The translations under genes and the position numbers were made by a program. From Malacoraja senta (taxonomy: Eukaryota), in the NCBI GenBank assembly GCA_038087875.1, contig CM075988.1, forward strand, positions 2,294,001 to 2,358,000: a DNA stretch of 64,000 nt. Reading direction: 5' to 3'. Of this stretch, positions 26,134-39,081 are shown piece by piece (position 1 is the first letter of the stretch; every line of letters begins with the position of its first letter). The notes beneath the pieces are model-generated. The model did not search any database and was not told where the DNA came from. It saw nothing but the letters and a program-made list of their open reading frames with translations.

Positions 26134-26154
26134 AGTGGCCCAGAAATACCAACA

Positions 26155-27290
26155 ACAGACTACTGACCGACATCCACTATAAACCCCCCACTGACTCCCA
26201 TGGCTATCTGGACTACACTTCTTCCCACCCTGCTTCCTGTAAGGACTCAATCCCCCTACTCCCAATTCCTCCGTCTATGCCGCATCTGCACCCAGGATGA
26301 GGTGTTCCAAACTAGGGCATCGGAGATGTCCTCATTCTTTAGGGAATGGGGGTTCCCCTCTTTGACTATAGATGAGGCTCTCACCAGGGTCTCCTCTATC
26401 TCGTAGCTCCGCTCTCACTCCCCATCCCCCCCACTCGTAACAAGCACAGAGTCCCCCTTGTCCTCACCTTCCACCCTACCAGCCGTCATATACAACAGAT
26501 AATCCTCCGACGTTTTTGCCACCTCCAACAGGATCCCACCACTGGCCACCTCTTCCCATCTCCTCTCCTTTCTGCTTTCTGCAGACACCGCTCCCTCTGT
26601 AACTCCCTGGTTAATTTGTCCCTTCCCACCCAAACCACCCCCTCCCCTGGTACTTTCCCTTGCAACCGCAGGAAATGCTACACTTGTCACTTTACCTCCC
26701 CCCTAGACTCCATCCAAGGACCCTAGCAATCTTTCCAGGTGAGGCGGAGGTTCACCTGCACCTCCTGCAACCTCATCTATTGCATCCGCCGTTCTAGGTG
26801 TCAACATTGGTGAGACAAAGCATAGGCTTGGCAATCGCTTCACCCAACACCTCCGCACAGTTCGCATTAACCAACCTGATCTCCCGGTGGCTCAGCACTT
26901 CAACTCCCCCTCCCATTCCGAATCCGACTTTTCTGTCCTGGGCCGCCTCCATGGCCAGAGTGAGTCCCACCGCAAATTGGAAGAGTAGCACCTCATATTT
27001 CACTTGGGTAGTTTACACCCCAGGGGTATGAACATTGACTTCTCCAATTGCAGGTAGTCTTTGCTTTCTCTCTCCTTCCCCTCCCCTTCCCAGCTCTCGC
27101 ACAGCCCACTGTCTCCGCCTCTTCCTTTCTTCTTCCCGCCCCCCCCCCACCCCCACATCAGTCTGTAGAAGGGTCTAGATCCGAAACGTCACCTATTCCT
27201 TCGCTCCATAGATGCTGCCTCACCCGCTGAGTTTCTCCAGCATTTTTGTCTACCTTCGATTTTTCCAGCATCTGCAGTTCTTTCTTAAAC
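26155..27290 (+). mobile_element. Penelope-like element, 5'-truncated (RT C-terminus plus decayed GIY-YIG region)
   Basis: PYSQFLRLCRIC, NLIYCIR- and GETK-encoding segments; 9-bp TSD ATACCAACA at 26146-26154 and 27291-27299. Confidence 0.88.
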
Positions 27291-27902
27291 ATACCAACAG
27301 ATGCTTCTTGACCTGCTGAATTCCTACAGCAGTTTTGTTTTGCCTAACTATTCTCTCGACAAGCCGTGGTATTTTTAAAGATGTGTACGAAGTATATCCT
27401 TGGCCCTCTACTCCTGCTCATCCTTCAGGACTCTGCATTTTAATGTATGTTGTCACTTTTCTTCAAAATTGTATCACTTCACACCTTGTATTATTTTTCA
27501 CCTACTAATTGTTTCCATATTGACTAACTTCCAGTATCATCTTGTAATCTATTATTATGGTCTCCTGTATTCACCACACAATCGCAATAAGTGTTCTCAG
27601 CATGGGAAACACTGTTCTCCACCATACTCTAATCTGACAATAATGGTCTACCTCTACTCTAAACTTTCTTATCCATGTTGCCATTTCAATTGCTTTAGCG
27701 TGGGATTTCAAGTGCCTTCCAAAGATCCACACAGGTAAAATTTGTTATGTTCCCATCAACGATTCTCTTTGCTACTACAGCAAGCAATTCAATCATGTTA
27801 ATTAAACACAATTTGCTTTTAACAAATCTGTGCTCGTTCTTATTATCAATTGAAACATTTCCACACGTCTGTTACTGTTTTCCCTGACTATTGTTCATAA
27901 AA

Positions 27903-28113
27903 CGGCGCGGTGGCACAGCAGTAGAGTTGCTGCCTTACAGCTCCAGACACCCGGGTTCGATTTGGACTTCGGGGGTTGTCTGTACAGAATTTGTATGTTG
28001 TCCCCTTGACCTGCGTGGATTTTCTCCGGGATCTCCGGTTTCGTCCCACACTCCAAAGACGTACAGGTTTGCAGGTTAATTGGCTTGGTATAATTGTAAA
28101 TTGCCCCTAGTGT
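27903..28113 (+). mobile_element. tRNA-derived SINE cut by the gap
   Basis: A-box-like TGGCACAGCAGT and B-box GGTTCGATT; body matches 50036-50332. Confidence 0.85.
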
Positions 28114-28313
28114 NNNNNNNNNNNNNNNNNNNNNNNNNNNNNNNNNNNNNNNNNNNNNNNNNNNNNNNNNNNNNNNNNNNNNNNNNNNNNNNNNNNNNNN
28201 NNNNNNNNNNNNNNNNNNNNNNNNNNNNNNNNNNNNNNNNNNNNNNNNNNNNNNNNNNNNNNNNNNNNNNNNNNNNNNNNNNNNNNNNNNNNNNNNNNNN
28301 NNNNNNNNNNNNN
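28114..28313. other. Assembly gap (200 N)
   Basis: Run of N. Confidence 0.99.
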
Positions 28314-28339
28314 GAACCACAGGAATGAGAAACTCTGTG

Positions 28340-28844
28340 CAGGAAAGAACTGCAGATGCTGGTTTAAATTGAAGGTAGGCAAAATGCTGGAGTTACTCAG
28401 CGGGAGAGGCTGCATCTCTGAAGAGAAGGAATGGGTGACGTTTCAGGTCAAGACCATTCTTCAGAGGCGACTTTGCAGGTCGTTATCTCAGTCCCCTGAA
28501 GGAGGCGGATCATTCCGGTACTGTTCGGCTCCTCTCAGAGGCCCGACAGGAGTGCCCGCCCACCACATTTTTGGTAGATTAGGGAAATCTTGGGTTGACA
28601 GGGTCAGCCTCGGCAGTCCTACCAGGAAAGCGGTGCCTCAGCCCAGCAGGCGGCCACCAGTCCCACCCTCATTAGGACTTCCGTGGACAACTTCCGAGGG
28701 TTACCCATATGGGAATGCCATTTTTGCCATAAATTTAATTTGGCATTTAATATTTGTTTTTTTTTTAGTCTGAAGGGTCTCGACCCGAAACGTCACCCAT
28801 TCCTTCTCTCCAGTGATGCTACCTGTCCCGTTGTTACTCCATCA
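28340..28844. mobile_element. Inverted Penelope-derived arms enclosing about 300 bp of unrelated sequence
   Basis: Arms about 28341-28463 (-) and 28768-28841 (+); flanking AGGAATGAGAAACTC at 28321-28335 and 28845-28859. Confidence 0.6.
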
Positions 28845-29088
28845 AGGAATGAGAAACTCAGTGGTTCAAAAAGGCTGTTCTCCCCATCCTCCCAATGGAT
28901 CATCAGATATAGTCTAAAACATTTAAACAGGCCTATAACAATACGATGTTTGTCATGCATTTTAACATATCCATTTCCAACTGTTCCCTTCATTTCCATC
29001 CTTAAAATTTGAAATTGAAAATTTGCTACAAATTAGTATTTATACAATATACATACAATTTTAAATGCCGTAAAACTAGTTCCAGCAT

Positions 29089-29931
29089 AGGGACACAGCA
29101 ATGTCATGTAAATGAAAGTCATTTTGTTGCATCAGCTGTAGAGGTCTTCCTTGGCCTGCCAGTCCCTTTGCAATTAATAAGCTCACCAGTGCTCTCTTTC
29201 TTCTTAATGATGTTCCAAACCAAAGTTGATTTTGGTAAGCCTAATGTTTGGGTGATGTCTCTAACAGTTTTATTCTTGTTTCTCAGTCTCATAATGGCTT
29301 CTTTGACTTTCATTGGCACAACTTTGATCCTCATGTTGATAAACAGCAATAAAAGTTTCCAAAGGTGATGGAACTATTTTGGTTTCACCGTGTAGAAATG
29401 ACAGCTGTGTTTATACATAGTCCCCCCCCCCCCATTTCAGGGCACCATAATGTTTGGGACACATGGCTTCACAGGCGTTTGTAATTGCTCAGGTGTGTTT
29501 AATTGCTTCCTTAATGCAGGTAAAGAGAGCTCTCAGCACCAATTTCCTCCAGTCTTTCCATCACCTTTGGAAACTTTTATTGCTGTTTATCAACATGAGA
29601 ACCAAAGCTGTGTCAAAGAAGCCATTATGCGACTGAGAAACAAGAATAAAACTGTTAAGAGACATCAGCCATACTAAACATGAATACTTTCATTTCCATG
29701 ACATTGCTGTGTCTCAAACATTATGGTGCCCTGAAATGGGGGGTCTTTGTATAAACACTGCTGTAATTTCTACATGGTGAAACCAAAATGTATAAAAATT
29801 GCCTTAATTAAATTCTGACAATGTGCACTTTAACCACATGTGATTTTTTCTATTACAAATCTCAAATTGTGGAGTACAGAGGCAAGTAAATAAATAATGT
29901 GTCTTTGTCCCAAACATTATGGAGGGCACTG
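29089..29931. mobile_element. Two internally deleted Tc1 derivatives of the 7596-9254 family in opposite orientations
   Basis: KEAIMRLRNKNKTV is encoded on both strands; TIR ends ...GAGGGCACTG|TA. Confidence 0.85.
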
Positions 29932-30935
29932 TATCCACCCTCAGTATAGGTATCACTTCCCCACAGGCAATATTCAATATTTCATCAATTCCACAATCCC
30001 TACCCTTTTCTCTACCCTCTTGCACTGAGATACAGTGGTCCATAAAAACTATTCCAAATTTCTGTTTACGAGATTCTCGCTGAGGAGCCATTTATACCTG
30101 CCTGGTGTTATCAACACAGGACACTTACCATGTGATCTGAACCCGTTTTTAAGATGAGATATGTTGCAATGTTTCCTTTCCTTCAACAGTCCTTTTAGAT
30201 TTACTTGAACCAGACTCAATGTCCTGAATCTCCAGTCCATTAGCTTGTCTGCAGTAATGGGTTCTGTCATGGAGCATATTGTTGATCTATACCACAGAAG
30301 AAAATCTGCCATTCAGTATTTCATTCTAAAATTTGATCTGCCTTCTCCAACCTGATGTCTTTAATGTACTTCATTATGCATTCCAATGTTTCAACTTCAC
30401 CATTCCAGGACTGGTTTATAAGAAGGTATAAATCAATATAGAACATGGAACTGTACCACACAGGAGGCCCTTCAGTCCACAATACTTGTGCTAAACATGA
30501 CGCCAATTCTCCTCTGCCTGCAAGTTATCCATATCATTCAATTCCCTGCATATCCATGTGCTTATGTAAAAGCCTCAAACATCAGTACCGTATCTGCTTC
30601 CACCACCAACCATCGCAGTGGGTTAGAGTCTGTTGTCTCTGTACTGTACACTGCACAATGACAATAAAGTTGAATCTGAATCTGAACCTACCACCATTGC
30701 AGGCCCATACGAAGCTTTTCAAAAAGGGGGGTGGCATGACAGGATTACGAACATTTTAACGTGAAATAATGTGCACGCAGCGCACATCATGAGTGCGAAG
30801 CGTGAATTCCCTCGATGCCGGGGTCCAGGGCCCGCTTAAGGGCCCTGGAAGCTCAGGGGTTTTAGATGCTAGGATGCATTCTGAGCCCTATTTTGGAGCC
30901 TTTTTGCACCATATTTATGACCAATATTTCAGAAA

Positions 30936-31180
30936 TTAACAGGAATCTGAGAGGTAGCTTTTTCACACAAAGGATGGTGGGTGTATGGAACGAGCTGCCA
31001 GAAGAGGTAGTTAAGGCTGGGACTATCCTAATGTTTAAGAGACATTTGGACACGTACATGGATAGGACAGGTTTAGATGAATATGGGCCAAACGCGTGTG
31101 AGTGGGACTAGTGTAGATGGGACATGTTGGTCGGTGTGGGCAAGTTGGGCCGAAGGGCCTGTTTTCACACTGCATGACTA
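30936..31180 (+). mobile_element. CR1 3' end
   Basis: FFTQRMVGVWNELPEEVV...FKRHLD. Confidence 0.85.
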
Positions 31181-31219
31181 AAAAGTCCTTTCCTATGTTC
31201 CTTTCCACCCATAAACCTG

Positions 31220-31605
31220 TCCCCCTTCTCTCTCTCCCTTCTCTCTCTCCTCTTCTCTCTCTCTCTTCTCCTCTCTCTCCCCCTTCTCTCTCTCCTCCGT
31301 CTCCACCCGTGGGAGCGTCCCACAGTCACTGACCGCGGTCGGAGGGAGGGAGGGGGGAGGAAATCACCCTGGTGTGGGGGTTGGGGTCCAATGGCGGTGC
31401 ATCGCGGTCAGTGACATTGGGACGCTCCCGCGGGTGGAGACGGAGGAGAGATAGAGAAGGGAGAGGGGGGGAGGGGAGAGAAGACGGAGAGAGAGAAGGG
31501 AGGGAGAGAGAAAGAAGGGAGAGAGGGGGGGAAGAGAGGAGGGGAAGAGAGAGGAGGAGAGAAGAGTGGAGAGAGAGGAGGAGAGAGAGAAGAGGGGAGA
31601 GAAGG
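31220..31605. repeat. Inverted repeat flanked by CT-rich and GA-rich tracts
   Basis: 31281-31337 versus 31403-31460. Confidence 0.85.
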
Positions 31606-31811
31606 GAGCGTGGAGTTCATTTTCCCACACAAGCCATAGGTGACTGGGCAATCTGAACCCAAGCACCAAGTTGAAAGCAGCCGAAGGTGTGCGTCGCTCG
31701 GGACAGCCACCACTCTCCCACGGCCACCCACCGCGGGCTGCGGGTCGGGTGGAGCGGAGGTTTGGGGCAATGTTCATGCCTTCACAGTGATGTGATGGAC
31801 GCGGGGGTCTA

Positions 31812-32420
31812 TTAGATCATCCCTCATCCTCCTGTGCTCCATGAAATAGTCCCAGCCTACACAACCTCTCCCTATAGCTCTGGCCCTCCAGTCCTGGCAA
31901 CATCCTCGTAAATCTTCACTGTACCCTTTCCAGTTTGATGACATCTTTCCCATAACATGGTGCCCAGAACCAAATACAATACTCTGAATGCGGCCTCACC
32001 AACTTCTTATGCAACTGCAACATGACCTCCCAACTTCTATACTCAGCCTGGCCCGCTGAGTTACTCCAGCACCCTGTGAAACGTCATAGAACAGGGTAAG
32101 ATTAGCAAGTTTGCTGATGATACGGAAGTGAGTGGTTTTGCAGATAGTGAAGATGGTTGTGAAAGATAGCAGCAGGATCTCGATCAATTAGCCAGGTGGG
32201 CAGAGGAATGGTTGATGGTTCCTTGAAGGTCAAGTTGCAGGTACATCAGGTGGTCAAAAAGTATTTTGGAACTTGCCTTCATCAGTCAGAGTATTGAGTA
32301 TAGAAGTTGGGAGGTCATGTTGCAGTTGTATAAGATGTTGGTGAGACCGCATTTAGAATATTGTGTTCAGTTCTGGGCACCGTGTTATAGGAAAGATGTC
32401 AAACTGAAAAGAGTACAGAG
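31812..32420. mobile_element. Two CR1 fragments in inverted orientation
   Basis: About 31955-32045 is the reverse complement of about 32295-32385. Confidence 0.7.
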
Positions 32421-32422
32421 AT

Positions 32423-35400
32423 CCCAGAGACTTTAAACTAGAACGGTTGGGGGGAGGGACTCAAATAGAGAAAGCTAATAGACAGTGTGTGAGGCAGGAG
32501 GCAGAGAAGGGAAGCACTCAGACCCAACAGGTATTGGGGAAAGAAGAAAAAAATAATAAACAGAGAATAAGAGGTGGTGGGTTTCTTAAATGTGTGAGCA
32601 GAGAGACAGAGGGGTGTAAAATGAAGGTAGAAGCAATAGGTAGCAAGGTGAAAAGTAAACGTGGCAGGCAGACAAATCCAGGGCAAAAATCAAAAAGGGC
32701 CACATTTCAACATAATTGTATAAGGGGTAAGAGCGTTGTAAAAACAAGCCTGAAGGCTTTGTGTCTCAATGCAAGGAGCATTCGTAATAAGGTGGATGAG
32801 TTGAATGTGCAGATAGCTATTAATGATTATGATATAGTTGGGATCACGGAGACATGGCTCCAGGGTGCCCAAGGCTGGGAGCTGAACATCAAGGGATATT
32901 CAATATTCAGGAGGGATAGACAGAAAGGAAAAGGAGGTGGGGTAGCGTTGCTGGTTGGAGAGGAGATTAACGCAATGGAAAGGAAGGAGGATGTGGAATC
33001 GATATGGGTAGAGCTGCGAAACACTAAGGGGCAGAAAACGCTAGTGGGTGTTGTGTACAGGCCACCTAACAGTAGTAGTGGAGTTGGGGATGGCATCAAA
33101 CAGGAAATTAGAAATGCGTGCAACAAAGGTAAAACAGTTATAATGGGTGACTTCAATCTACATATAGATTGGGTGAATCAAATTGGCAGGAGTGCTGAGG
33201 AAGAGGATTTCTTGGAATGTATGCGTGATAGTTTTCTAAACCAACATGTAGAGGAACCAACGAGAGAGCAGGCTATTCTAGACTGGGTATTGAGTAATGA
33301 GGAAGGGTTAGTTAGCAGTCTTGTTGTGCGTGTCCCCTTGGGCAAGAGTGACCATAATATGGTTGAGTTCTTCATTAGGATGGAGAGTGACATTGTTAAT
33401 TCAGAAACAAGGGTTCTGAACTTAAAGAAAGGTAACTTTGAGGGTATGAAACGTGAATTGGCCAAGATTGACTGGCAATTGATTCTTAAAGGGTTGACAG
33501 TGGATATGCAATGGAAGGCATTTAAAGACTGCATGGATGAACTACAACAATTGTTCATCGCAGTTTGGCAAAAGAATAAATCAGGGAAGGTAGTGCATCC
33601 GTGGATAACAAGGGAAATCAGGGATAGTATCAAAACAAAAGATGAAGCGTACAAATTAGCCAGAAAAAGCAGCCTACCAGAGGACTGGGAGAAATTCAGA
33701 GTCCAGCAGAGGAGGACAAAAGGCTTAATTAGGAAAGGGAAAATAGATTATGAAAGAAAACTGGCAGGGAACATAAAAACTGACTGCAAACGTTTTTATA
33801 GATATGTGAAGAGAAAGAGATTAGTTAAAACAAATGTAGGTCCCTTGCAGTCAGAAACAGGTGAATTGATCATGGGGAACAAGGACATAGCAGACCAATT
33901 GAATTACGACTTTGGTTCTGTCTTCACTAAGGAAGAAATACATAATCTGCCGGAAATAGCAGGTCAAATGAGATGGAGGAACTGAGTGAAATCCAGGTTA
34001 GCCGGGAAGTGGTGTTAGGTAAATTGATTGGATTAAAGGCCTGTAAATCCCCAGGGCCAGATAGGCTGCATCCCAGAGTACTTAAGGAAGTAGCCCCAGA
34101 CATAGTGGATGCATTAGTGATAATTTTTCAAAACTCCTTAGATTCTGGAGTAGTTCCTGAGGATTGGAGGGTAGCTAATGTAACCCCACTTTTTAAATAG
34201 GGAGGGAGAGAAAACGGGGAATTACAGACCAGTTAGTCTAACATCGGTAGTGGGGAAACTGCTAGTCAGTTATTAAGGATGGGATAGCAGCACATTTGGA
34301 ATATGGTGAAATCATTGGACAAAGTCAGCATGGATTTATGAAAGGTAAATCATGACTGACGAATCATAGAATTTTTCGAGGATGTAACTAGTAGAGTGGA
34401 TAAGGGAGAACCAGTGGATGTGTTATATCTGGACTTTCAGAAGGCTTTCGACAAGGTGCCACATAAGAGATTAGTATACAAACTTAAAGCACACGGTATT
34501 GGGGGTTCAGTATTGATGTGGATAGAGAACTGGCTGGCAAACAGGAAGCAAAGAGTAGGAGTAAATGGGTCCGCAAGGCTCAGTGCTGGGACCCCAACTA
34601 TTTACAATATATATTAATGATTTGGACGAGGGAATTGAATGCAACATCTCCAAGTTTGCAGATGACACGAAGCTGGGGGTCAGTGTTAGCTGTGAGGAGA
34701 ATGCTAGGAGGCTGCAAGGTGACTTGGATAGGCTGGGTGAGTGGGCAAATGCATGGCAGATGCAGTAAAATGTGGATAAATGTGAAGTTATCCACTTTGG
34801 TGGCAAAAACAGAAAAGTAGACTATTATCTAAATGGTGGCCGATTAGGAAAACGGGAGATGCAATGAGACCTGGGTGTCATGGTACACCAGTCATTGAAA
34901 GTAGGCATGCAGGTGCAGCAGGCAGTGTAGAAAGCGAATGGTATGTTAGCATTCATAGCAAAAGGATTTGATTATAGGAGCAGGGAGGTTCTACTGCAGT
35001 TGTACAGGGTCTTGGTGAGACCACACCTGGAGTATTGCGTACAGTTTTGGTCTCCAAATCTGAGGAAAGACATTCTTGCCATAGAGGAAGTACAGAGAAG
35101 GTTCACCAGACTGATTCCTGGGATGTCAGGACTTTCATATGAAGATAGACTGGATAGACTCGGCTTGTACTCGCTAGAATTTACAAGATTGAGGGGGAAT
35201 CTTATAGAAACTTACAAAATTCTTAAGGGGTTGGACAGGCTAGATGTCCCGATGTTGGGGAAGTCCAGGACAAGGGGTCACAGTTTAAGGTTAAAGGGGA
35301 AATCCTTTAGGACCGAGATGAGAAAAATATTTTTCACACAGAGAGTGGTGAATCTCTGGAACTCTCTGGCACAGAAGGTAGTTGAGGCCTGATAATTGGC

Positions 35401-35570
35401 TACATTTAAGAGGGAGTTAGATGTGGCCCTTGTGGCTAAAGGGATCAGGGGGTATGGAGAGAAGGCAGGTACAGGATACTGAGTTGGATGATCAGCCATG
35501 ATCATATTGAATGGCGGTGCAGGCTCGAAGGGCCGAATGGCCTACTCCTGCACCTATTTTCTATGTTCTA
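32423..35570 (+). mobile_element. CR1 LINE with near-complete ORF2
   Basis: APE endonuclease followed by RT; 3' UTR ending in TTTCTATG. Confidence 0.93.
32447..35481 (+). pseudogene. CR1 ORF2 (APE endonuclease plus reverse transcriptase) pseudogene
   Basis: LNARSI, GITETWL, GVVYRPP, MGDFN and SDHN are open in 32447-33985. The RT ([26 protein letters not shown]) is broken by frameshifts and stops. Confidence 0.92.
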
Positions 35571-36610
35571 TCCCCATCCTGGATCAGTCCAATCAGGCTG
35601 GTGTCGTCCACAAACTTGAGAAGCTTGACACAGGTTTCTGTGGAGGTGCAGTCATTGGTGTAGCGAGAGTAGAGGAGAGGGTTGAGTACTCAGCCTTGCG
35701 GTGCTCCTATGCTGAGCGTTTGCGGGTCCGAGATGTGCTTTCCCAGCCTCACATGCTGCTTCCTGTCTGTCAGGAAGCTGGTGATCCACCGACAGAGGGG
35801 TTCAGGCACAGTCAACTCGGAAAGTTTGGAGCGTAGTAGCTCTGGCACAATGGTGTTGAATGCAGATCTAAAATCAACAAACAAAATCCTAGCGTAGGTC
35901 TAGGTCTAGGTGCTGGAGGATGAAGTGCAGGCCCAGATTGACTGCATCATCCCACAGATCTATTGGGCCAATATGCAAACTGCAGAGAGTCCAACAGGGG
36001 GATTGTGATATTTTTCAGCTTGGCCAGCACAAGCCTTTTCAAGGGTCTTCATGACTACAGAGGTCAGTGCGACAGGCCTGTAGTCATTAAGACAAGTAAT
36101 CCTTGCCTTTTTGGGTATAGGAACAATAGTGGAGACTTTGAAGCAGACAGGCACAGTACATGTTTGCAGGTACTGGTTAAAAATGAGTAATTGGGTGTGA
36201 AGTGGTGATTGGAGTGGGGTGGGTGTAGAAGGGCCCAGTGTTTGCAGACTGAGGTCAGGCTGTGAGTGGGTGTGAAGTATTGGTTGGGGTGGGAAAGGGT
36301 CCACTCTTTTCATACTGGAGTCTTGCCTTAAGTAGGTGTGTAGTGGTGAATGGGAAGGAGAGGGTGCAGGGTCCATTATTTGCAGACTGGGGTCTGGCTG
36401 TGTTTGTTGGGGAGGGGTTAGCAGGGTTACGTTTCTGATTTTCAAACCTGCAGTAAAACTCATTCAGGTCGTTGCTCAGCTGACGATTGTCCAAATAGCA
36501 GGGGGCTTTCCTCTTGTAGTTGGTAATTTCTTGCATGCCCTTCCAAACTGAAGGTCACTAACTGAGTCCTTTCCTTGGCAGCTCTGGTTCCTCTTCTCAG
36601 CTCTTTATCG
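35571..36610 (-). mobile_element. Rex1-clade LINE fragment with deletions
   Basis: [41 protein letters not shown]. Confidence 0.85.
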
Positions 36611-38238
36611 ATTAGGCTATCTTTTAACTCTTTAACGATTAGGCTATCAGCTTGACGCATATTTGCCCCCACCCACTTGATCTCGAAATTGAAATGTTAC
36701 ATCTCTATATAATGATCCCATTAAAATGTGTATTTATGTCACAAACTATGGAATTCATGTTTCAATATTGTTATCAAGGAAAAGAAAGGAGTTTCAATTG
36801 TTTGATATTGTTTAATATTATTCATATGGAGAAAATATAATAGCTCTAAAACCTACCATAATTTTGCAATGTCACTAAAGATAATCCCACTTTCCCTCTG
36901 TCCTCCACCCCTCTCTCCCCTCCTTCCCCTCTCTCTCCCCTTCCCATCCCTCCCCCTCTCACATTGCCCCCTCTTTCACCTTCCTCCCTCCCACGCAGCG
37001 TTGGAGGGCGAGATGCGAGGGTCCGCAGGGGGGGGGGGAAGAAAGGCGTGGGCCGGCGGTAGTGGGGGGTGGCGCGGGCGGAACATGGCGTGGGACCAGC
37101 CGGGGGGGTGGTATCGTGGGCCCGACGGCGGGAGAGGCAAAGGCCAGGCCGGAGCGGCGTCTGTTGTCGAGGTTACGGCCGCTGACAGTCGTTCCCACTC
37201 CCGCCAGGCGACGGGAAAATGGTGGCGTGGGCGTAAGGTGTAGTGGGCCCAGCGGGGGGGCGGCGGGGGAGGCGAGGGCCTGACGGGTTCAGATTCAGTC
37301 GTTCCCGATCCTGCCCGGCAACGGGAGAACGGTCTCCCCGGACCACCCGCCCGCCAGCAGTGGACCCGCTCCCTGGACAGCAGGCGATGGGTAGACACCG
37401 CAGCGACCCCCCGCCCACCCAGGATAAGAAACAGACTCCCCCTCCCGCAACGCACTACTTACCCAGAGTAGACACGAGGCATCGAGGAGATCTCTGATTG
37501 TGTGGAGCAAAGGCTCCTCTAGTATCATTGGTGTGGAGTGAAAACTGATCTGATCTGATCCCGCCCGGACCCACTGCGCACGCGCGGTGAGACAGCGTCA
37601 TGGTACGTCCCGACTGCATTACTGGCTTCCCCCAACTGCGCAGGCGTGGATGGTCACGATTTTTTTTCAGCCAGTGGGCCGGAGCCAGCATTTCGGGTAA
37701 ACACTGATTGCGCTCCAATTTATTTTTCCTTGGGAATTTGTCCTACTCTGTGAAAAAAAGGGGGTGCGACGCACCCAACGCACCCCCCCTTCGGACGGCC
37801 ATGCATTGGGTAAAAAAAACCTGCCTTCCGCATATTTAAACCTTCCCCCTCTGATCTTAGTTATGCTCTAGTATTTGGCCTAACCTCGAAGCTCCAGAGA
37901 GAACAATCCAAGTTTACTCAACCTCTCTTTGTAAGGTAGGAAGGAACTGCAGATGCTGGTTTACACCGAAGATAGTCACAAAATGCTGGAGTAACTCAGT
38001 GGGACAGGTCTCGACAGGAAACATCACCCATTGCTTCTATCCAGAGACGCTGCCTGTCCCGCTGAGCTCTCTTTTGCAGCAAGTACCCTCTAATCCAGGC
38101 AGCATTCTGGTAAATCTTTTCTGCACCCTTTCAATGCCTCCATGTCCTTCCTGTAATGGAGCAAGCAGAACTGCACACAGTTTTCTAAAATAGATCTCAG
38201 TAAAGTCTTAAGCTGCAACGTGGCTTCCCGAGATTTAA

Positions 38239-39081
38239 GTAAAGTAAGTTTATTTATATAGCACTTTTCAATCAAATCACTGAAGCCAAAGTGCTTTACA
38301 GAGAGAATTATCCATATAAATGAAAAATAAAAAAGGTAGAATAAAAAAAAAAGACAGGACACACAATTAGAGATTCAACACGAACATCCCCCCTACAGCA
38401 GAGTCGACACTCTCCACTGTGAGGGAAAGGCACCAAAATGTCCAGTCCTCCTCCTAGTCCACCCGAAGTCGGGGCCAGTTTGAGGCCTCCGCAGCCAGTC
38501 GCCGCAACGGCAGCCCGATGTTGTAGACCCAGCCGCTGGGAAGCTGGAACACCAGCATCGGGTGGAAAGTCCTCAGCGGATTGGAAGTGTCTGGAGCGGC
38601 CGCTCCCTCCCCGGAGACTGCGACGCCCGTAGTCTTCAGGCCGCGCCGGTTGGAGCTTCGACTCTGACTCCGCGGTGTTTTCGATCCAGCGCCGCCCGCC
38701 CACGGCGGGATGCCCTCAGACCGCAGCCCGCGGCTGCTCGATGTTGGTGGTCGGCGGTCATAGCACTCCGGAGCGGCGACCCGGCAAGGCATCGCCCGCT
38801 CCGTGTTGGTGTCCCAGCGCTGTGCCGCCGAAGCTGTGGTCCCGGCAGGAAACGACGCTCCAGCCCGATGGAAGGCCGCATGGGGAGAGCGAAGATGCGA
38901 TTTGGAGGAAAACCGCATCTCCGACCAGGTAGGACTGGGGTTAAAGCAGTTTCCCCCCACCCCCCACATAGAAAGAATAGACCTCCAAATAAAAATTATA
39001 GACAATAAAAAGGGTTAGAGGACGGACTGCAGGCAGGCAGCCCGCACAACCGGCGCCCACTCCTGCACATCCGCCATCTTG
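38239..39081 (-). mobile_element. GC-rich composite non-autonomous retroelement, copy D
   Basis: Starts CAAGATGGCGG; TTTAA at 38234-38238 and 39082-39086; tail TGTAAAGCACTTTG...AAAGTGCTATATAAATAAA. Confidence 0.75.

Larger units (their letters stand above)
30700..37803. mobile_element. Candidate non-autonomous DNA transposon expanded by nested LINEs
   Basis: Ends CAGGCCCATACGAAG and CTTCGGACGGCCATG (11/15 inverted match); CATTG on both flanks; a minus-strand CR1 appears to continue across it. Confidence 0.55.

Noticed and set aside
27903..27975. tRNA gene
   Set aside because: The A/B boxes belong to a SINE head that continues into SINE body sequence.
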